Positions 1 to 13,045 are shown, counted from the stretch's first letter. The stretch: DNA of 64,000 nt from Eledone cirrhosa (GCA_964016885.1 OZ024741.1:78058001-78122000), one strand, 5' to 3'. Notes: generated by a model from the sequence alone, not told the origin. A program made the numbers and translations.

Positions 1-110
1 TAAAACCTGTATGTGTGTAGAGTGTATGATATGTGTGTGTGTGTATATATACGTACATATACATATTTCTTTAACAGTCATTCTCTTTACACAAACACAC
101 TCACAGGCAC

Positions 111-1735
111 ATCATCATCATCATCATCAGGTTTAGCGTCCGTGTTCCACACTTGCATGGGTTTGGACGGGGGTTTTCCCACTTGAGGCAAGAGTGGTTG
201 TCTTGCTTGCATAGGACTGTCTGGCGGGTTTTCTACAGTTGGATGCCCTTCCTAACACCAACCACATTTACAGTGTGGGGCTGGGAGGTTTTTACCGTGT
301 TGCCTACACGGCCACATTTACAGCGTGGACTGTGTGTTTTTTTGTCGTGACACCTACACGATCTCATTTGTTTCGGCCTGGATGTTGTGGGACCAACATA
401 ACTGTACATTGAAAGGGGCGGTGTGGATGGGGTGGAGGTGGTGGGACGGGGGGGTGTTTTGATAGAGATGCCTACTGACTGTAGTAGGTTTTTACTTTGT
501 ATTTAGGTAAGGCGGGTCTTCTCTATTACTGAGTACCGCCAAAGGTCTCGGTCCAGTGACATTGTCTTGGAGAGGTGTAAGCGTGTGAGGTCGGAATTTA
601 TCAGCTCGCCCCATGTTTTTCTAGGTCTGCCTACTCCGTGGCTACCGTCTATCTTTATTGCCCTGCACTTTGTTATACAGCTGTCGTCTTTCATGCGCAT
701 CACGTGACCGTACCAACGTAGCCTTCTCTCGAGTAAACAACATCTGATCCCTCTTATTTCTAATTTTTTCCTTAGTTCGTTTATGCTTTGCCGTTCACGT
801 ATATTACTATTGCACATCCAGCGGAGCATGCAAGCTTCGTTCCTCTCTAGTCTGCGTATATCCTCTGCACACAATGCCCAGGTCTCACTGCCATGCAGCA
901 TTGCTGTTCGTATGCAGGCATCGTATAACCTGCCTTTCATTTTTAGGGAGAACCCTCTAGCGGCTAATAGTGGTATAAGCTCTCTGAACTTTTTCCATCC
1001 AGTTCTGACTCTAGCTACTGTACTTTCAGAGCACCCTCCCCCACTGCTGATTTTGTCACCCAGGTAACGGAAGCTGTCCACTATTTCTATAGAACCCTCT
1101 GCGCAGTTGAAGGAGCTAGTATTTTGTGGGCACTTGCTGCTACTTATTGCACCAGAGCACCGGCCACATGTAAAATCTATGTTCTTAGTTAGCTTACCTG
1201 TGATCCCACTACATCTTTTATGCACCCATACTTTGCATTTGGGACATAAAATGGAGTTTCTACCTACGCCTTTCCTACACACTGAGCATGGCCATTTCCC
1301 AGATGGGACTGCCGCCATATTTTCTTTCCTACAAACTAGAACTTTTGTCTTAGCCAGGTTAATTTTAAGGCCTTTTGATTCTAGGCCGTGCTTCCATGTT
1401 TGGAATTTCTTCTCTAGTTCGGTCATTGATTCAGCTATGAGCGTTAGATCATCTGCGTATAGGAGTTCCCATGGGCAGCCGGTCTTGAACTCCTCTGTTA
1501 TAGCCTGAAGGGCAATAATAAATAGTAGGGGGCTAAGAACAGAGCCCTGATGGACACCAACTTTTACGCTAAACTCTTCACTATATTCGTTGTTAATTCT
1601 AACCTTACTGACTGTTTCTTTATACATGGCTTGTATAGCTCTCACAAGCCATTCGTCAACACCTAGTTTTCTAAGAGACCACCAGATAATGGAACGGGGG
1701 ACTCTGTCGAAGGCTTTCTCCAAGTCGACGAAACA
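111..1735 (-). mobile_element. 5'-truncated RTE-clade non-LTR retrotransposon (RT, PHD-like finger, 3' UTR, (ATG)n tail)
   Basis: ORF 503-1744 has FVDLEKAFDRV, GVHQGSVLSPLLF, LLYADDL and RLRWYGHV. The (CAT)n tail is at 111-129 and the 5' end runs into (TA)n. Confidence 0.95.
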
Positions 1736-1744
1736 TTTACACAC

Positions 1745-1782
<38 letters not shown>

Positions 1783-1855
1783 GTATATATATATACACAC
1801 ACTTATATATATACATATACATATATATATATATATAAATGTAAACTGAGTTTTT

Positions 1856-2219
1856 TTAATATCAATAATTGTTTCTACCTTTGGCACAAGGCCAGCAACT
1901 ATCCCAGTGTATTACTGGTACTTTATTTTATCGACCCCGTAAGGATGAAAGGCAAAGTTAACCTCGGCAGGATTTTTTAATATCAATAATTGTTTCTACT
2001 TTTGGCACAAAGCCAGCAATTTAATATCAATAATTGTTTCTACTTTAGGCACATGGCCAGCAATTACCCAGTGCATTACTGGTACTTTATTTTATCGACC
2101 CCGTAAGGATGAAAGGCAAAGTAAACCTCGGGGGGATTTGAACTCAGAACGTAAAGGGACGTAACGATGCTGGAAAGCATGGCGTCCGACTCTCTACCGA
2201 TACTGCCAATCCACCGCCC
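1856..2219 (-). mobile_element. tRNA-derived SINE (octopus OK-like), one full copy plus two partial 3' copies in tandem
   Basis: Minus strand reads GGCGGTGGATTGGCAGTATCGG...GAGTTCAAATCC (B box)...TTTGCCTTTCATCCTTACGGGGTCGATAAAATAAAGTACCAG...GTAGAAACAATT. The same sequence recurs many times in the window. Confidence 0.85.
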
Positions 2220-2507
2220 TATAATGATATTTGATTTGTTTGTTTATATGCCAACACAAGAGCAAGAATGACGGAGTCATTCTACTGACATGGCTTAAAG
2301 AGGCTGTTTGAATCGAATATTATTATTAATATTCGAAAAACTTAGATTACATTTATTGAATTCAGCCATGTAGAGCGATAAAATTATTTGTTAGTTATCA
2401 TATATATATATACAAATACATATATATATATACATATATATGTATATATATACATATTTATATTTACATACATATATATATATATATATACATACATACA
2501 TACATAC

Positions 2508-2538
<31 letters not shown>

Positions 2539-2556
2539 CATACATATATATATATA

Positions 2557-5157
2557 CATCATCATCATCACCGTTTTACGTCCGTTCTTCCATGCTAGCA
2601 TGGGTTAGACGGTTTGTCCTGTTGTGAGCAGTGTCTGGTCGGCTGACCATGCCATGCTCATACAGGAACTGATTTGGGCTTGATTTCTACAGCTGGATGC
2701 CCTTCCTAACACCAACCTCATTTACAGTGAGTGCTGGGTGCTTTTTTGCCGTGGCACCTCCATGTCCACCTTGCAGTGGGAGGGTGTGGGGGCATATTGT
2801 CTATATACTTCAGCTTGTACCCATGGGAGGTCGGGTACTCTGTATTACTGCGTGACGCCAGAGGTCATGGTCGTGTGTCATCGCCTTTGAGAGGTGTAAT
2901 TGGGTAAGGTCGGCTTTTATCACCTCATCCCAGGTCTTCTTGGGTCTGCCCACTCCGCGGTTTCCATTGACTTCTAGTGCTCTGCACCTTTTTATGCAGC
3001 TGTCATCCTTCATACACATCACATGTGCATACCAACACAATCGCCTCTCCTGCACACAGCATTTGATTCCTCTTATGCTTAGTCTCTCTCTCAATTCATT
3101 TATGTTTTGCCGTTCGCGTATATTACTATTACACATCCATCGGAGCATGCAGGCTTCGTTTCTCTCTAATCTATGTAAGTCTTCCACCTTCAGCGCCCAA
3201 GTCTCACTACCATGTAACATTGCTGTTCGGATACATGCATCACACAGTCTGCCTTTCATTTTGAGGGAGAAGCCTTTTGCAGCTAGCAGTGGCAGTAGTT
3301 CCCTGAACTTCTTCCATCCCGTTTTTACCCTAGTTATTGTACTTTCTGAACACCCACCTCCGCTGCTAATTCGGTCACCTAGGTAGCAGAAGCTGTCTAC
3401 TGTTTCTACAGAGCCCTCCCAGAGATTGGTGGTACTTGTTTCCTGTGGCTGTTTGCTGCTTGCTGTCCCAGCACAGCTGCTACATGTGAAGCCTACATTC
3501 TTAATTAAGCTTCCTGAGATCCCGCTACATCTCTTGTGTACCCATTGTTTGCATTTGGGGCAGAGAATGGAGTTCCTACCTACACCTTTCCTACATACTG
3601 AGCAAGGCCATTTCCCTGAGGGGATCTGGGTTCTGTTTTCTAGTCTACTTACAAGGACCTTAGTCTTTGTCAGGTTGACTTTGAGACCCTTTCTTTCTAG
3701 TTCTACCATAGATTCAGCTATAAGTGCGAGGTCATCTGCATACAGGAGTTCCCATGGGCATCCGGTCTTAAACTCCTCCGTTATTGCCTGCAGGACTATA
3801 TGAACAGGACTATGATGAACAGGAGAGGGCTAAGAACAGAGCCCTGGTGGACACCAACCTGAACACTAAATTCCTCACTATACTCATTGCTAATCCTAAC
3901 TTTGCTGACTGCTCCCCTATACATGGCTTGTACAGCTTTCACAAGCCATTCATCTACTCATAGTTTTCTAAGAGCCCACCAGATTATAGCACGTGGAACC
4001 CTGTCAAAGGCTTTCTCAAGATCGACGAATGCCAGGTAGAGTGGCTTACTTTTAGCTAGGTACTTCATGATCTGGTCCATCAGCTTTATACCTCTATAGT
4101 TTCCTCTATCTAGTGCATCACCTTTACCTTTGTAGCAGTTGACAATGATGCTACTGCATCAATCTTTTGGTATGACACCTTCTAGTATTACCTGGTTAAC
4201 AATACATGTGGTTATAGTGTGACCTACAGACCCAGATGCCTTCAGCATCTCGGCAGCTATACCCGATGGACCGGTTGCCTTCCCCATCTTCATATCTTTG
4301 ATTGCCTTACTTACTACACTGCTGCTGACTTGTACTGCTGGCCCCTCTATTAGTAATCTATCATAATGGCTCTTCCATGCATCTTTCTTCTCAGCACTTG
4401 TGAGGGCAAGCTCACCTTTATCACCTTTATCATTCCAGATACACTTCTCTCCAATGACATCACAATTCTCTCTGACACACTGCCTCGCAATCTTGAACAC
4501 CTCCTGTTTCTGGTCCTCATGTTGCAAAACATGCTTGAATTTTCTATCCTCTGCTTCCCTCCTAGCTAAGTATACTTGTCGCCTAGCTTCCTTCTTGGTC
4601 TCTATGTAATGTACCCTGCTTCCCCCGTTCTTCCATTCTTTCCATGCCTGTCTACATTGAATGTCTCTACCTGTCCTTCTTTACTGTCGTAGGCGTTGAG
4701 TAAAATATCTTTAAATCTGTTACTGGCTGAGGGGTCTTTCAGCTTCCAGATCTTTCTTCTCCAGGTTGGCCTCTGTTTCCAGGTTCGTCTAGTTCTGACC
4801 GTGAGGTCGCTGACAACTAAGCTATGTTGGGAGGTACATTCCTCACTAGGGAAGGATTTTGTGTTTACGACCGTCCATCTGTCACCTCCTCTGATGAGGA
4901 TAAAATCTATTTGACTAGAATGCTCCCTTGATCTATAGGTGATCAGGTGGTTGTCGGGTTTTTGAAGTTTGTGTTACATATCGACATGTCATTGGCATCG
5001 CAGAATTCTAGAAGTCTGAATCCTTCCTCATTCCTTGTGCCAACTCCATGGCCTCCATGAACTCTATTGAAGCCGTCACAGTGTTTACCTACGTGTCCGT
5101 TAAAATCTCCTGCAATGATTAGGAAGTCATTGTCGTTTGTTAGAGCAGTAGTGTGCA
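2557..5157 (-). mobile_element. Degenerate RTE LINE with internal deletions (APE endonuclease remnant, RT, 3' UTR)
   Basis: ORF fragments 4943-5158 (IIAGDFNGH), 4159-4527 and 2810-3709 are close to the copies at 40.2-46.4 kb. (CAT)n tail at ~2558. Confidence 0.93.
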
Positions 5158-5291
5158 TGATGATGATGTGATGATGATGTGATGATGATGATATATATAT
5201 ATATATATATATATATAGTAATAATAATAAAATTGAAGACTAAAATCGATAAGGATAAATATATATCAAATATATAAGAACCGTAGAGCAA

Positions 5292-5485
5292 ATATTTATT
5301 AAATAACAGATTAAAGTTTAAGCAAAGAATCGCTGCTTTCACCCTTAACGGGATCTTCTGAAACTAACAAAGTCAATTGTTTCTGCATGATGAATATAAG
5401 TCAGTAGAGTACTCAACCGAGGGAGCCAAAAGGGTGAAAGCAGCGATTCTTTGCTTAAACTTTAATCTGTTATTTAATAAATATA
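5292..5485. repeat. ~55 bp perfect inverted repeat with ~83 bp spacer
   Basis: ATATTTATTAAATAACAGATTAAAGTTTAAGCAAAGAATCGCTGCTTTCACCCTT and its exact reverse complement starting at ~5430. Confidence 0.9.
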
Positions 5486-5512
5486 TATATATATATATAT
5501 ATATGTATATTT

Positions 5513-5838
5513 GCTCATACAGGAACTGATTCTGACTTCATTTCTACAGCTGGATGCCCTTCCTAACACCAACTTCATTTACAGTGAGTGCTGGGTGCTT
5601 TTTTTCCGTGGCGCCTACACGTCCACTTTACAGTGAGTGGTGGGTGCTTTTTTGGCGTGGCACCTCCATGACCACTTTGCAGTGGAATGATAGGAACCCC
5701 AGTCCTATCATCTCATTTCTACAGCTGAGTAAACTGGAGCAATGTGAAATAAAGTGTCTTGCTCAAGGAAACAACACATCACCCAGTCCAAGTATTGAAC
5801 TCACAACCTTTCAATTGCAAGGCCAATGCTCTAACCAA
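5513..5838 (-). mobile_element. tRNA-derived SINE with RTE-type 3' tail (octopus OR-like), partial
   Basis: Reverse complement of the copy at 5945-6280. Confidence 0.8.
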
Positions 5839-5944
5839 AATTCTTTATAAAGAGATCGACCTAACACATCAAGCATGTGGCTGGGGTTTGAAAATAATTT
5901 TGTTACACTGAAAAATTTGTTATAATGATATTCATTATATATAT

Positions 5945-6280
5945 GGAGGCACATGGCTTAGTGGTTAGAGCATTGGCCTTGCAATCGAAAGGTTGTGAGT
6001 TCAATTCTCAGACCGGGTGATGTGTTGTTTCCTTGAGCAAGGCACTTTATTTCACATTGTTCCAGTTTACTCAGCTGTAGAAATGAGATGATAGGACTAG
6101 GGTCCCTATCATTCCACTGCAAAGTGGTCGTGGAGGTGCCACGGCAAAAACGCACCCAGCACTCACTGTAAATGAGGTTGGTGTTAGGAAGGGCATCCAG
6201 CTGTAGAAATCAAGCCAGAATCAGTTCCCGTCCCACCCTTGCAAGCAGGGAAAAGTGGACGTAAAATGAAATGATGAAAT
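5945..6280 (+). mobile_element. tRNA-derived SINE with RTE-type 3' tail (octopus OR-like)
   Basis: Head with A box TGGCTTAGTGGTTAG and B box GAGTTCAATTCT, central CCTTGAGCAAGGCACTT, and a tail GGTGTTAGGAAGGGCATCCAGCTGTAGAAA...CCCACCCTTGCAAGCAGGGAAAAG shared with RTE 3' ends in this window. Confidence 0.85.
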
Positions 6281-6358
6281 GATAATATATATATATAAAT
6301 ATATATATAAAATAAAGTTAAATAAAAGTCAAATGATTAAAATTTAGCTTCGTTTATT

Positions 6359-6413
6359 ACTGCTATATATATTTCAATGACAGCCATCTTTGGCTGTGAC
6401 CTCTTCAGGCAGT
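6359..6413 (-). ncRNA. Type I hammerhead ribozyme motif, slightly degenerate helix II
   Basis: ACUGC-CUGAAGA-GGUCACAGCCA AAGA UGGCUGUCAUU-GAAA-UAUAUA-UA-GCAGU, followed directly by AAUAAA. Helix I is ACUGC/GCAGU. Confidence 0.7.
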
Positions 6414-6648
6414 TTGAATTAGTAATCTATAGACAAGTACATATGTTGTTTAGGTGTATGATATTGTCAATACTCTGATATGCCCAGTTCCTTGTTGGGT
6501 TGTTAATTCACTGGGGAACTGGAGTCATATTTTACACTACTCCGGAGTAACCAAACCAACCTGCGCACTTCGTCGAGTGCTCCAGCCTGCATACTGAGGT
6601 GTTGGTATACAACCAACATAAACTCAAAATCTAAATATATATATATGT

Positions 6649-6717
<69 letters not shown>

Positions 6718-6719
6718 CA

Positions 6720-7263
6720 GGTAAAATACCATAGTATCTGGAATAAGGACAGGTTGGAGAAAGAAGGGTTTCTCCCTGCATATGAAAGGCCAGTTATATG
6801 ATGCCTGTGTGAGATGTGTGATGCTGCATGGTAGTGAGACATGGGCAGAACCACAGAGGATATGCGATGGCTGGAGAAAAATGAGGCAAGCATGCTCCAT
6901 TGGATGTGTAATGTCAATGTACGTGAACGACCAAGCATGGATGAGTTGAGAGGGAAACTGTGTATAAGAGGGATAAGTTGTAGTGTGCGGGAGAGAAGAC
7001 TGCGATGGTATGGACATGTGATGCGCATGGAGGTTGACCGCTGGGTAAAGAAGTGCCAAGAAATCCCAGTAGAAGGAAGACGCAGTAGAGGTAGATCACA
7101 AAAAACATGGGCAGAGTTGGTGAGAGCGGACCTCAGATCGCTGAAGCTCACAGACGAGATGACGAAGGACCGTGACAAGTGGAGAAATGCTGTGCTGAAT
7201 AGGACCCGTCCCACCCTTGCAAGCAGGGAAAAGCAGACGTAAAATGATGATGATGATGATCAT
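6720..7263 (+). mobile_element. RTE LINE 3' fragment
   Basis: ORF 6841-7242 (ERRLRWYGHVMRM...TRPTLASREKQT) followed by a (GAT)n tail. Same family as 21601-22886. Confidence 0.9.
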
Positions 7264-8165
7264 CATCGTTTAATGTCCATCTTCTACGTTAGCATGGGTT
7301 AGACGGTTTTGTTCCATTTGATGCGGGAATGGTCTGGAGACTGTGTCTCGCTCATAGGGAAGTGTCTCTGGCAGGTTTTTTTACAGCTGGATGCCTTTCC
7401 TAACACTAACCACATTTACAGTGTGGACTGTATATATATTTATATATATATACATATACATATATATAAATATATATACAAATGTATATATATCATCATC
7501 ATGATCATCATCATCAATTAACGTTTATCTATCATGCTAGCATGGGTTAGACGGGTTTGTCCCATTTAGAGGCAAGTTGGGTCAGGTGATTGTGTCTCAC
7601 TCATATAGGAGAGTTTCTGGCTGGTTTTCTACGACTGGATGCCCTTCCTAACGCCAACCATATTAACAGTGTGTGCTGGGTGCTTTTTTCCATGTCTTTT
7701 ACACGTCCATTTTACAGTGTGGGCTGGGTGTTTGGGGGCTGGTTTTCTATGGCTGATGCCCTTCCTAACGCCAACCACATTTACAGTGTGCTGAGTGCTT
7801 TTTATCGTGATACCTACACGATCACTTTACAATGTGGGCTGGGTGTTCTTCACAGTGTAAACTGGGCACCTTTGTCGTGTCACCAACACAACCATTTTAC
7901 AGTGGAGCCTGGGCACTTTTGTCTTGGATGTGAACAGGGTAGTAGGGAAGGTATGGTAACCACTAGGGGAGGTGAATGAGAGGGGATCGAAGGTTGAGGA
8001 GAGTGTTGCCTACTAGGTATAAGCTTCGTCCCGAGAATAATAGAGGGCGGGTCTTCCGTAAGACTGAATAGTGCCAGAGGTTGCGATCCTGAGTCATTGC
8101 CTTTGAGAGGTGTAATTGTGCAAGGTCGGCTTTTATTACCTCATCCCAATCTTCCTAGGCCTTGG
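7261..8165 (-). mobile_element. Two RTE 3' UTR / 3' end fragments
   Basis: (CAT)n tails at 7261 and 7493, each followed by CATGGGTTAGACGG...GGATGCCCTTCCTAAC, with an ORF-end remnant near 8040-8160. Confidence 0.75.
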
Positions 8166-9047
8166 CATGAGGTATATATATATATATGGCACTGTCGGTT
8201 ACAGCAGGATTTCCAGTTGATACGATCAACAGAACAGCCTGCTCTTGAAATTAACGTACAAAATGCTGAGCATTCCACATCTCATGTACACTTAGCGTAG
8301 ATCTCGGGGGAGATTGAGAAAGGCTGGCCCTTTGAATTACAGGTTCAACTTAGCTGAGTTGTACCTGTAATTCGAAGTAACATGAAATAATGTTTCTTGC
8401 CCAAGGACAACATGCTACCAGGAATCAAACTCATGACCTTACAATCATATGTCAAATACCTTAACTACTAAGCCATTACATACATATACATACACACACA
8501 CATATATATATATTATCCTCATCACCATTTTTATGTCCATTTTTCCATGCTTGCATAGGTTGAATGGGTCTTTTTCAGTATCTCTCCAGTCACTGCATTA
8601 CTTTGTCATATCTGTGAGTCTCAGCAATTTGAAATCAGCTCTCACCACCTCTGCCCAGGTCTTCCTTGGTCTACTTCTACTGCAGCTTCCATCCACTGGG
8701 ATTTGCTGGCACTTCTTCACCCAGTGATCAGCATCCATGTGCCTCACATGTCCGTACCAACGCAGTCTTCTCTCTTGGGCACCACTTCAGATTCCTCTTA
8801 AACCTAGTTTCTCCCTCAGTTCATCCAGGATCTGCCTTTCTCTCACATTTACATTGCACATCTAACGAAGCATGACTTCTTCATTTCTCTCCAGTCTGCA
8901 CATGTCCTCTGCAGTCACTGCCCATGTTTCACTATCATGCAGCATCGCACTTTGCACACAGATGTCATACAGTTATCCTTTTGTACATAGAGAGAAACCT
9001 TTTGTTGTCAACTGTAGAAGTAGCTCTCTAAACTTCCTCCATCCTAT

Positions 9048-10025
9048 TGTAACAGAATACTCCTATGTTTTACCTGGCGAAGATTTGAAACCGAATCTGA
9101 GGGTTCTCGCCTCTAAAACCACATATAGTTGGGAGTCCCCACCATTGTCCTGTCAAGAGACAACTATGATAAATATACATACTACTTGACCTGTGACCCC
9201 AGGTTCTTGACAGATGAAACACACATGGCTACTCATAAATCAACCCATATACACATCCTTCTAGGGAGTCCACCAGAGAGACCGAAGCAGCAGTCTGTGA
9301 GAGGTTAATAATGGTTTCTTATATAGGCACAAGGACAGCAATTTTTTTGGGGGGGGAGGGGAAAGGCGATAAAATAAAGTACCAGTCACGCACTGGTGTC
9401 GATTTAATCGACTTTCCCCTCCCCCAAAAAATTTTTGGGGGGAGGGGAAAGTCGATTAAATCGACACCAGTGCGTGACTGGTACTTTATTTTATCGACCC
9501 CGTAATGATGAAAGGCAAAGTTAACCTCGGCGGGATTTGAACTCAGATCATAAAGGGCCGTAACTCTATGCTGCAGAGCATGGTGTCCGACCCTCTACAG
9601 ATACTGCCAATCCACCGCCCTTGTGAGAGGTTAATAATGTAGCCATTTACTCTTTCTCTCTCCTGGCATTACAGGCTCTCACATTTCATAACTGTTTGGC
9701 CGATCGACCAACTTCAGGATAGACATACACAAATGCAGTAGGTTTACTTATATTTTTTCCTATTCTTTCGGGTTCCTGTTATTTCACTTCTATTGTATCG
9801 TTGCATTGATACATGCGTACACGCTAGCTCGAAGTAGCTAGTCAGCAAATAATGTAGTGATAATTGCAGTCACGATTTTATTACTCAATATTCAATGTAC
9901 CAACAAGAGAATTTTGTTATAAAATAAACATTGTCGACATCACAATTCTTGCATCATTCTTTTTTATCATTCGTCCTGCAAAGAATACATCTATCCACTA
10001 CATAATGGTGATCCCCTTCACTACA
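9048..10025 (+). mobile_element. Solo LTR containing a SINE insertion
   Basis: Begins TGTA, ends TACA, flanked by a 4 bp duplication CTAT (9044-9047, 10026-10029). AATAAA near 9923. RTE sequence is contiguous across it. Confidence 0.75.
9313..9622 (-). mobile_element. OK-like tRNA SINE with target-site duplication
   Basis: Full SINE flanked by GTGAGAGGTTAATAAT at ~9297 and ~9623, with an internal fold-back duplication at ~9340-9490. Confidence 0.85.
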
Positions 10026-12050
10026 CTATCTTTATTCTAGCTATTATGCCCTCAGAGCATCATCCTCCACTTCTAATTAGGGCACATAGATAGCACAAGC
10101 TATCCACCACTTCTATGGATCCTTTCTGTGATTGAAAAAGATTTACATTTTTGATGTTCTTCCCCTCATTTACCCCTGTGCATCTTCTACATATAAAGTC
10201 TTCCCTTCATGTTAGTCTACCTGATATCCCACTACATTGTGTAGTGCATCATATAGAGTTTATGTCTACTCCTTTTCTACATATTGAGTAGGGCCACTTC
10301 CTTGAGGGAATCAGGGTCCTATCTTCTTTCCTACTTACTAGCACTTTAGTTTTTGCTATTTACTCTCAGACTTTTGATTCCAAGTTCCATTTCCATAGTC
10401 GCAATTTATTCTCTAGTTCTTTTATAGATTTGGCTGTAAGGACCAGGTCATCTGTGTAAAGAAGTTCCCATGGACAGTTAGTTATGGCCTGAAGAACTAT
10501 GGTGAATAGCAGTGTGCTAAAAACCGAGCCCTGATGGACTCCTACCCGAACCTTGAATTCCTCACTAAACTCACTTCCTACTCTCATTTTAGTAACAGCT
10601 CCTCTGTACATGGCTTGCACTGCAATTACAAGCCATTTTTCTACACCTAATTTCCTTAAGGACCACTAGATAATAGATTGAGGTACTTTGTCAAAGGCCT
10701 TCTCTAGATCAACAAAACTAAATATAATGGCTTATTTTGGGCTAGGAACTTCTCTTGAAGTTACCTCACTAAAAAGAGGGCATCTGTAGTACTTTTCCGA
10801 TGCATGAAACCAAACTGCATCTCATCTACTTTGACTCTTTCTCTAATTAGCTGCTCTATATCTCTTTCTATCATTTTCATAGCTTGATCCATTAGTTTTA
10901 TTTCTCTATAGTTGCTCTTTTCTAGAGCATCACCTTTGCCATTGTAACAATTTATGATAGTACTGTTGTGCCAGTCATTGGGTATGACTCTGTCTTGTAT
11001 TACTTGATTTACTATAGGGGTTACTAGTTTGACTCCTACCTCTCCCGATGTTTTCAGCACCTCAGCAACTATTTCTGATGGTCCTGCAGCTTTACCGTTC
11101 TTCATCTCCTTGATTGCTTCATTGACCTTAAAACTAACAATTTCAATAGCCGGTCCTTCCTTTGGATAAGTTGGGGGTAGTTTCTCTTCCTCCCATTCAT
11201 TCTCTACAATCAATCTCTCATAGTAACATTTCCAGGCCTCTTTCTTTTGTGCATCAGTTGTGCTAAGTGCACCAGCGTCATTTCTAATACATTTTTACCC
11301 AACAACATCTCAATTTACACTAACACACTGCCTTGCAATATGGAACACTTCATGTCTACTATCCTCACATCTCAAGACATTGGCAAATTTACTTTCTTCA
11401 GCCTCTCTGAGCTGTGTATACCTATTGCCTAGCTTCTTTCTTAGCTACTTGATACCAGTCTCTGCTACCCACATTTTTCCAGTCTTTCCATGTCTGTCTC
11501 TTGGCTTTAATGGTTGTATCCACTGTGCTGTTCTACCACCAGGTCACTCTCTGACTGGTTAGCACTTTACTCCAGCAGCAAGTTCCATCATTAGTTCACA
11601 AAAGGTTGTCATGTAAGAATTTCCTGTTGTCTTCTACGTTATATGTATCTAGTTTGTCATCCCTCTCATCATGTGCATAAAATTAAGTGAGAAAAACTCT
11701 ATTTATGGGATTACGAACAAGATAGACAAAAACAATATTCTATCTAAACTCGCTTATAAATAGATCTCCCTACTATGGTTTCATATGGGGAAGAATTCTT
11801 ATTGGAACCACCAATAATTAAAGAATCCACCATACTCTTCAGGAGAATTTAATTCTTCAAAAGCTAAGAAAAATTGATCAAGAAATCATACATACTGTAC
11901 CATTTGCCGAGGCAGCATGCTAGAATAAAAACATGTATAGTGTTATATTATCAAATATCTCCTAAGATATTAGGACTATGTGATAGGCTTATAATGTCGC
12001 TAGAAATAGCAGTCAAAAGACCATCTAGTACAACTCAATAAATTAAGGAG

Positions 12051-12245
12051 CAGTTTAATATTAAGTATTAGAGACTAATTAACCTTTAATTAATATATGT
12101 GTGTGTGTGTATATATATATATATATACATACACACACATATATATATTAATTAAAGGTTAATTAGTCTCTAATACCTAATATTAAACTGGTCAGTTTAA
12201 TATTAGGTATTAGAGACTAATTAACCTTTAATTAATATATATATA
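12051..12245. repeat. Fold-back palindrome with a third arm copy (A-A'-A)
   Basis: CAGTTTAATATTA(A/G)GTATTAGAGACTAATTAACCTTTAATTAATATAT at 12051, its reverse complement ending at 12190, and the same arm again at 12193. Confidence 0.9.
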
Positions 12246-12298
<53 letters not shown>

Positions 12299-12454
12299 AG
12301 AATATTGTGAATATTTCTATAATAGATTTGTCTAAATATATATATACATACACACACAAACAAATCTCTCTCTATATATACATACAAATCAATCTATATA
12401 CCTGGACACACACACAAATTAAATGTGTATATATTCATATTTACTAATTTCCAG

Positions 12455-12539
12455 CCTTGAATATAATGAAAGGAATGTTTACATTTGTACCAAAATATCT
12501 CCACCAGGAAGCATGTTTTTCAGGAACCAAACTGGTTAG
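12455..12539 (+). CDS. Putative internal exon of an unidentified gene (LNIMKGMFTFVPKYLHQEACFSGTKLV)
   Basis: Acceptor tactaatttccag, donor gtgaga, one open frame, phase-compatible with 12751-12784. Confidence 0.4.
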
Positions 12540-12750
12540 GTGAGATGAGATAGGAAACACTAACTCTGAATGATATTCTCATTCTATGTAATTTCTGTCA
12601 AATTGAAGAACTATGAGCATAGATTGTACTCAATGAAAAACATTAACAAACAAAAAACCATTTCAGAAAGAAGAACACTATTTAGCTGGTAGCATTTGTT
12701 CTCTCTTATATATATATGCATATCTACACAAACATATATATTATGTTTAG

Positions 12751-12784
12751 ATTTAGTGATCATGCATTTCTCTGGAGAAGCCAA
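12751..12784 (+). CDS. Putative internal exon (R-FSDHAFLWRSQ)
   Basis: Acceptor ttatgtttag, weak donor gtaaac. Continues the frame of 12455-12539. Confidence 0.3.
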
Positions 12785-13045
12785 GTAAACTACCAATTCG
12801 CTTTGCTGAAACATCATAGCTATGTTGTAAGAAACTGAATAAATAAAATTATAACATGTCATCAACATATAAAGTCAGCTTCTCCTAGTAAGGGTTGGAT
12901 TGGATCTTCACAGACACAGTCAGTATTCAAGTGGAGCTATTTACCTCTCAAATAGGCTGGAGGCCTACATCTTGCTTGCATATGTTCCCATGTTCTACCA
13001 AGTGCATATTATTGTGGCACTAGCACTAGTGAGGTAGTCTTTGGC

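Larger units (their letters stand above)
8518..11680 (-). mobile_element. Old RTE LINE interrupted by a solo LTR
   Basis: ORF fragments 10366-10620 (GVHQGS, LLYTDDL) and 10761-11213 (MQFGF). The C-terminal part lies at 8518-9047 and the sequence resumes at 10030. Confidence 0.88.

Noticed and set aside
783-1838. Plus-strand ORFs overlapping RTE copies (also 2940-3803, 40683-41798, 43805-44923)
   Set aside because: They are antisense shadows of the RT reading frame with no independent motifs.
5325-5365. Hammerhead on the minus strand (CAGAAGA-UCCC GUUAA GGGU-GAAA)
   Set aside because: The core reads CAGA rather than CUGA, and I found no convincing helix I or cleavage triplet.
5945-6020. tRNA gene
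   Set aside because: The A/B boxes belong to a SINE head that continues into SINE body and RTE tail. No complete cloverleaf is evident.
11760-11930. Additional plus-strand exon
   Set aside because: The frames I tested from candidate acceptors hit stops before a good donor.
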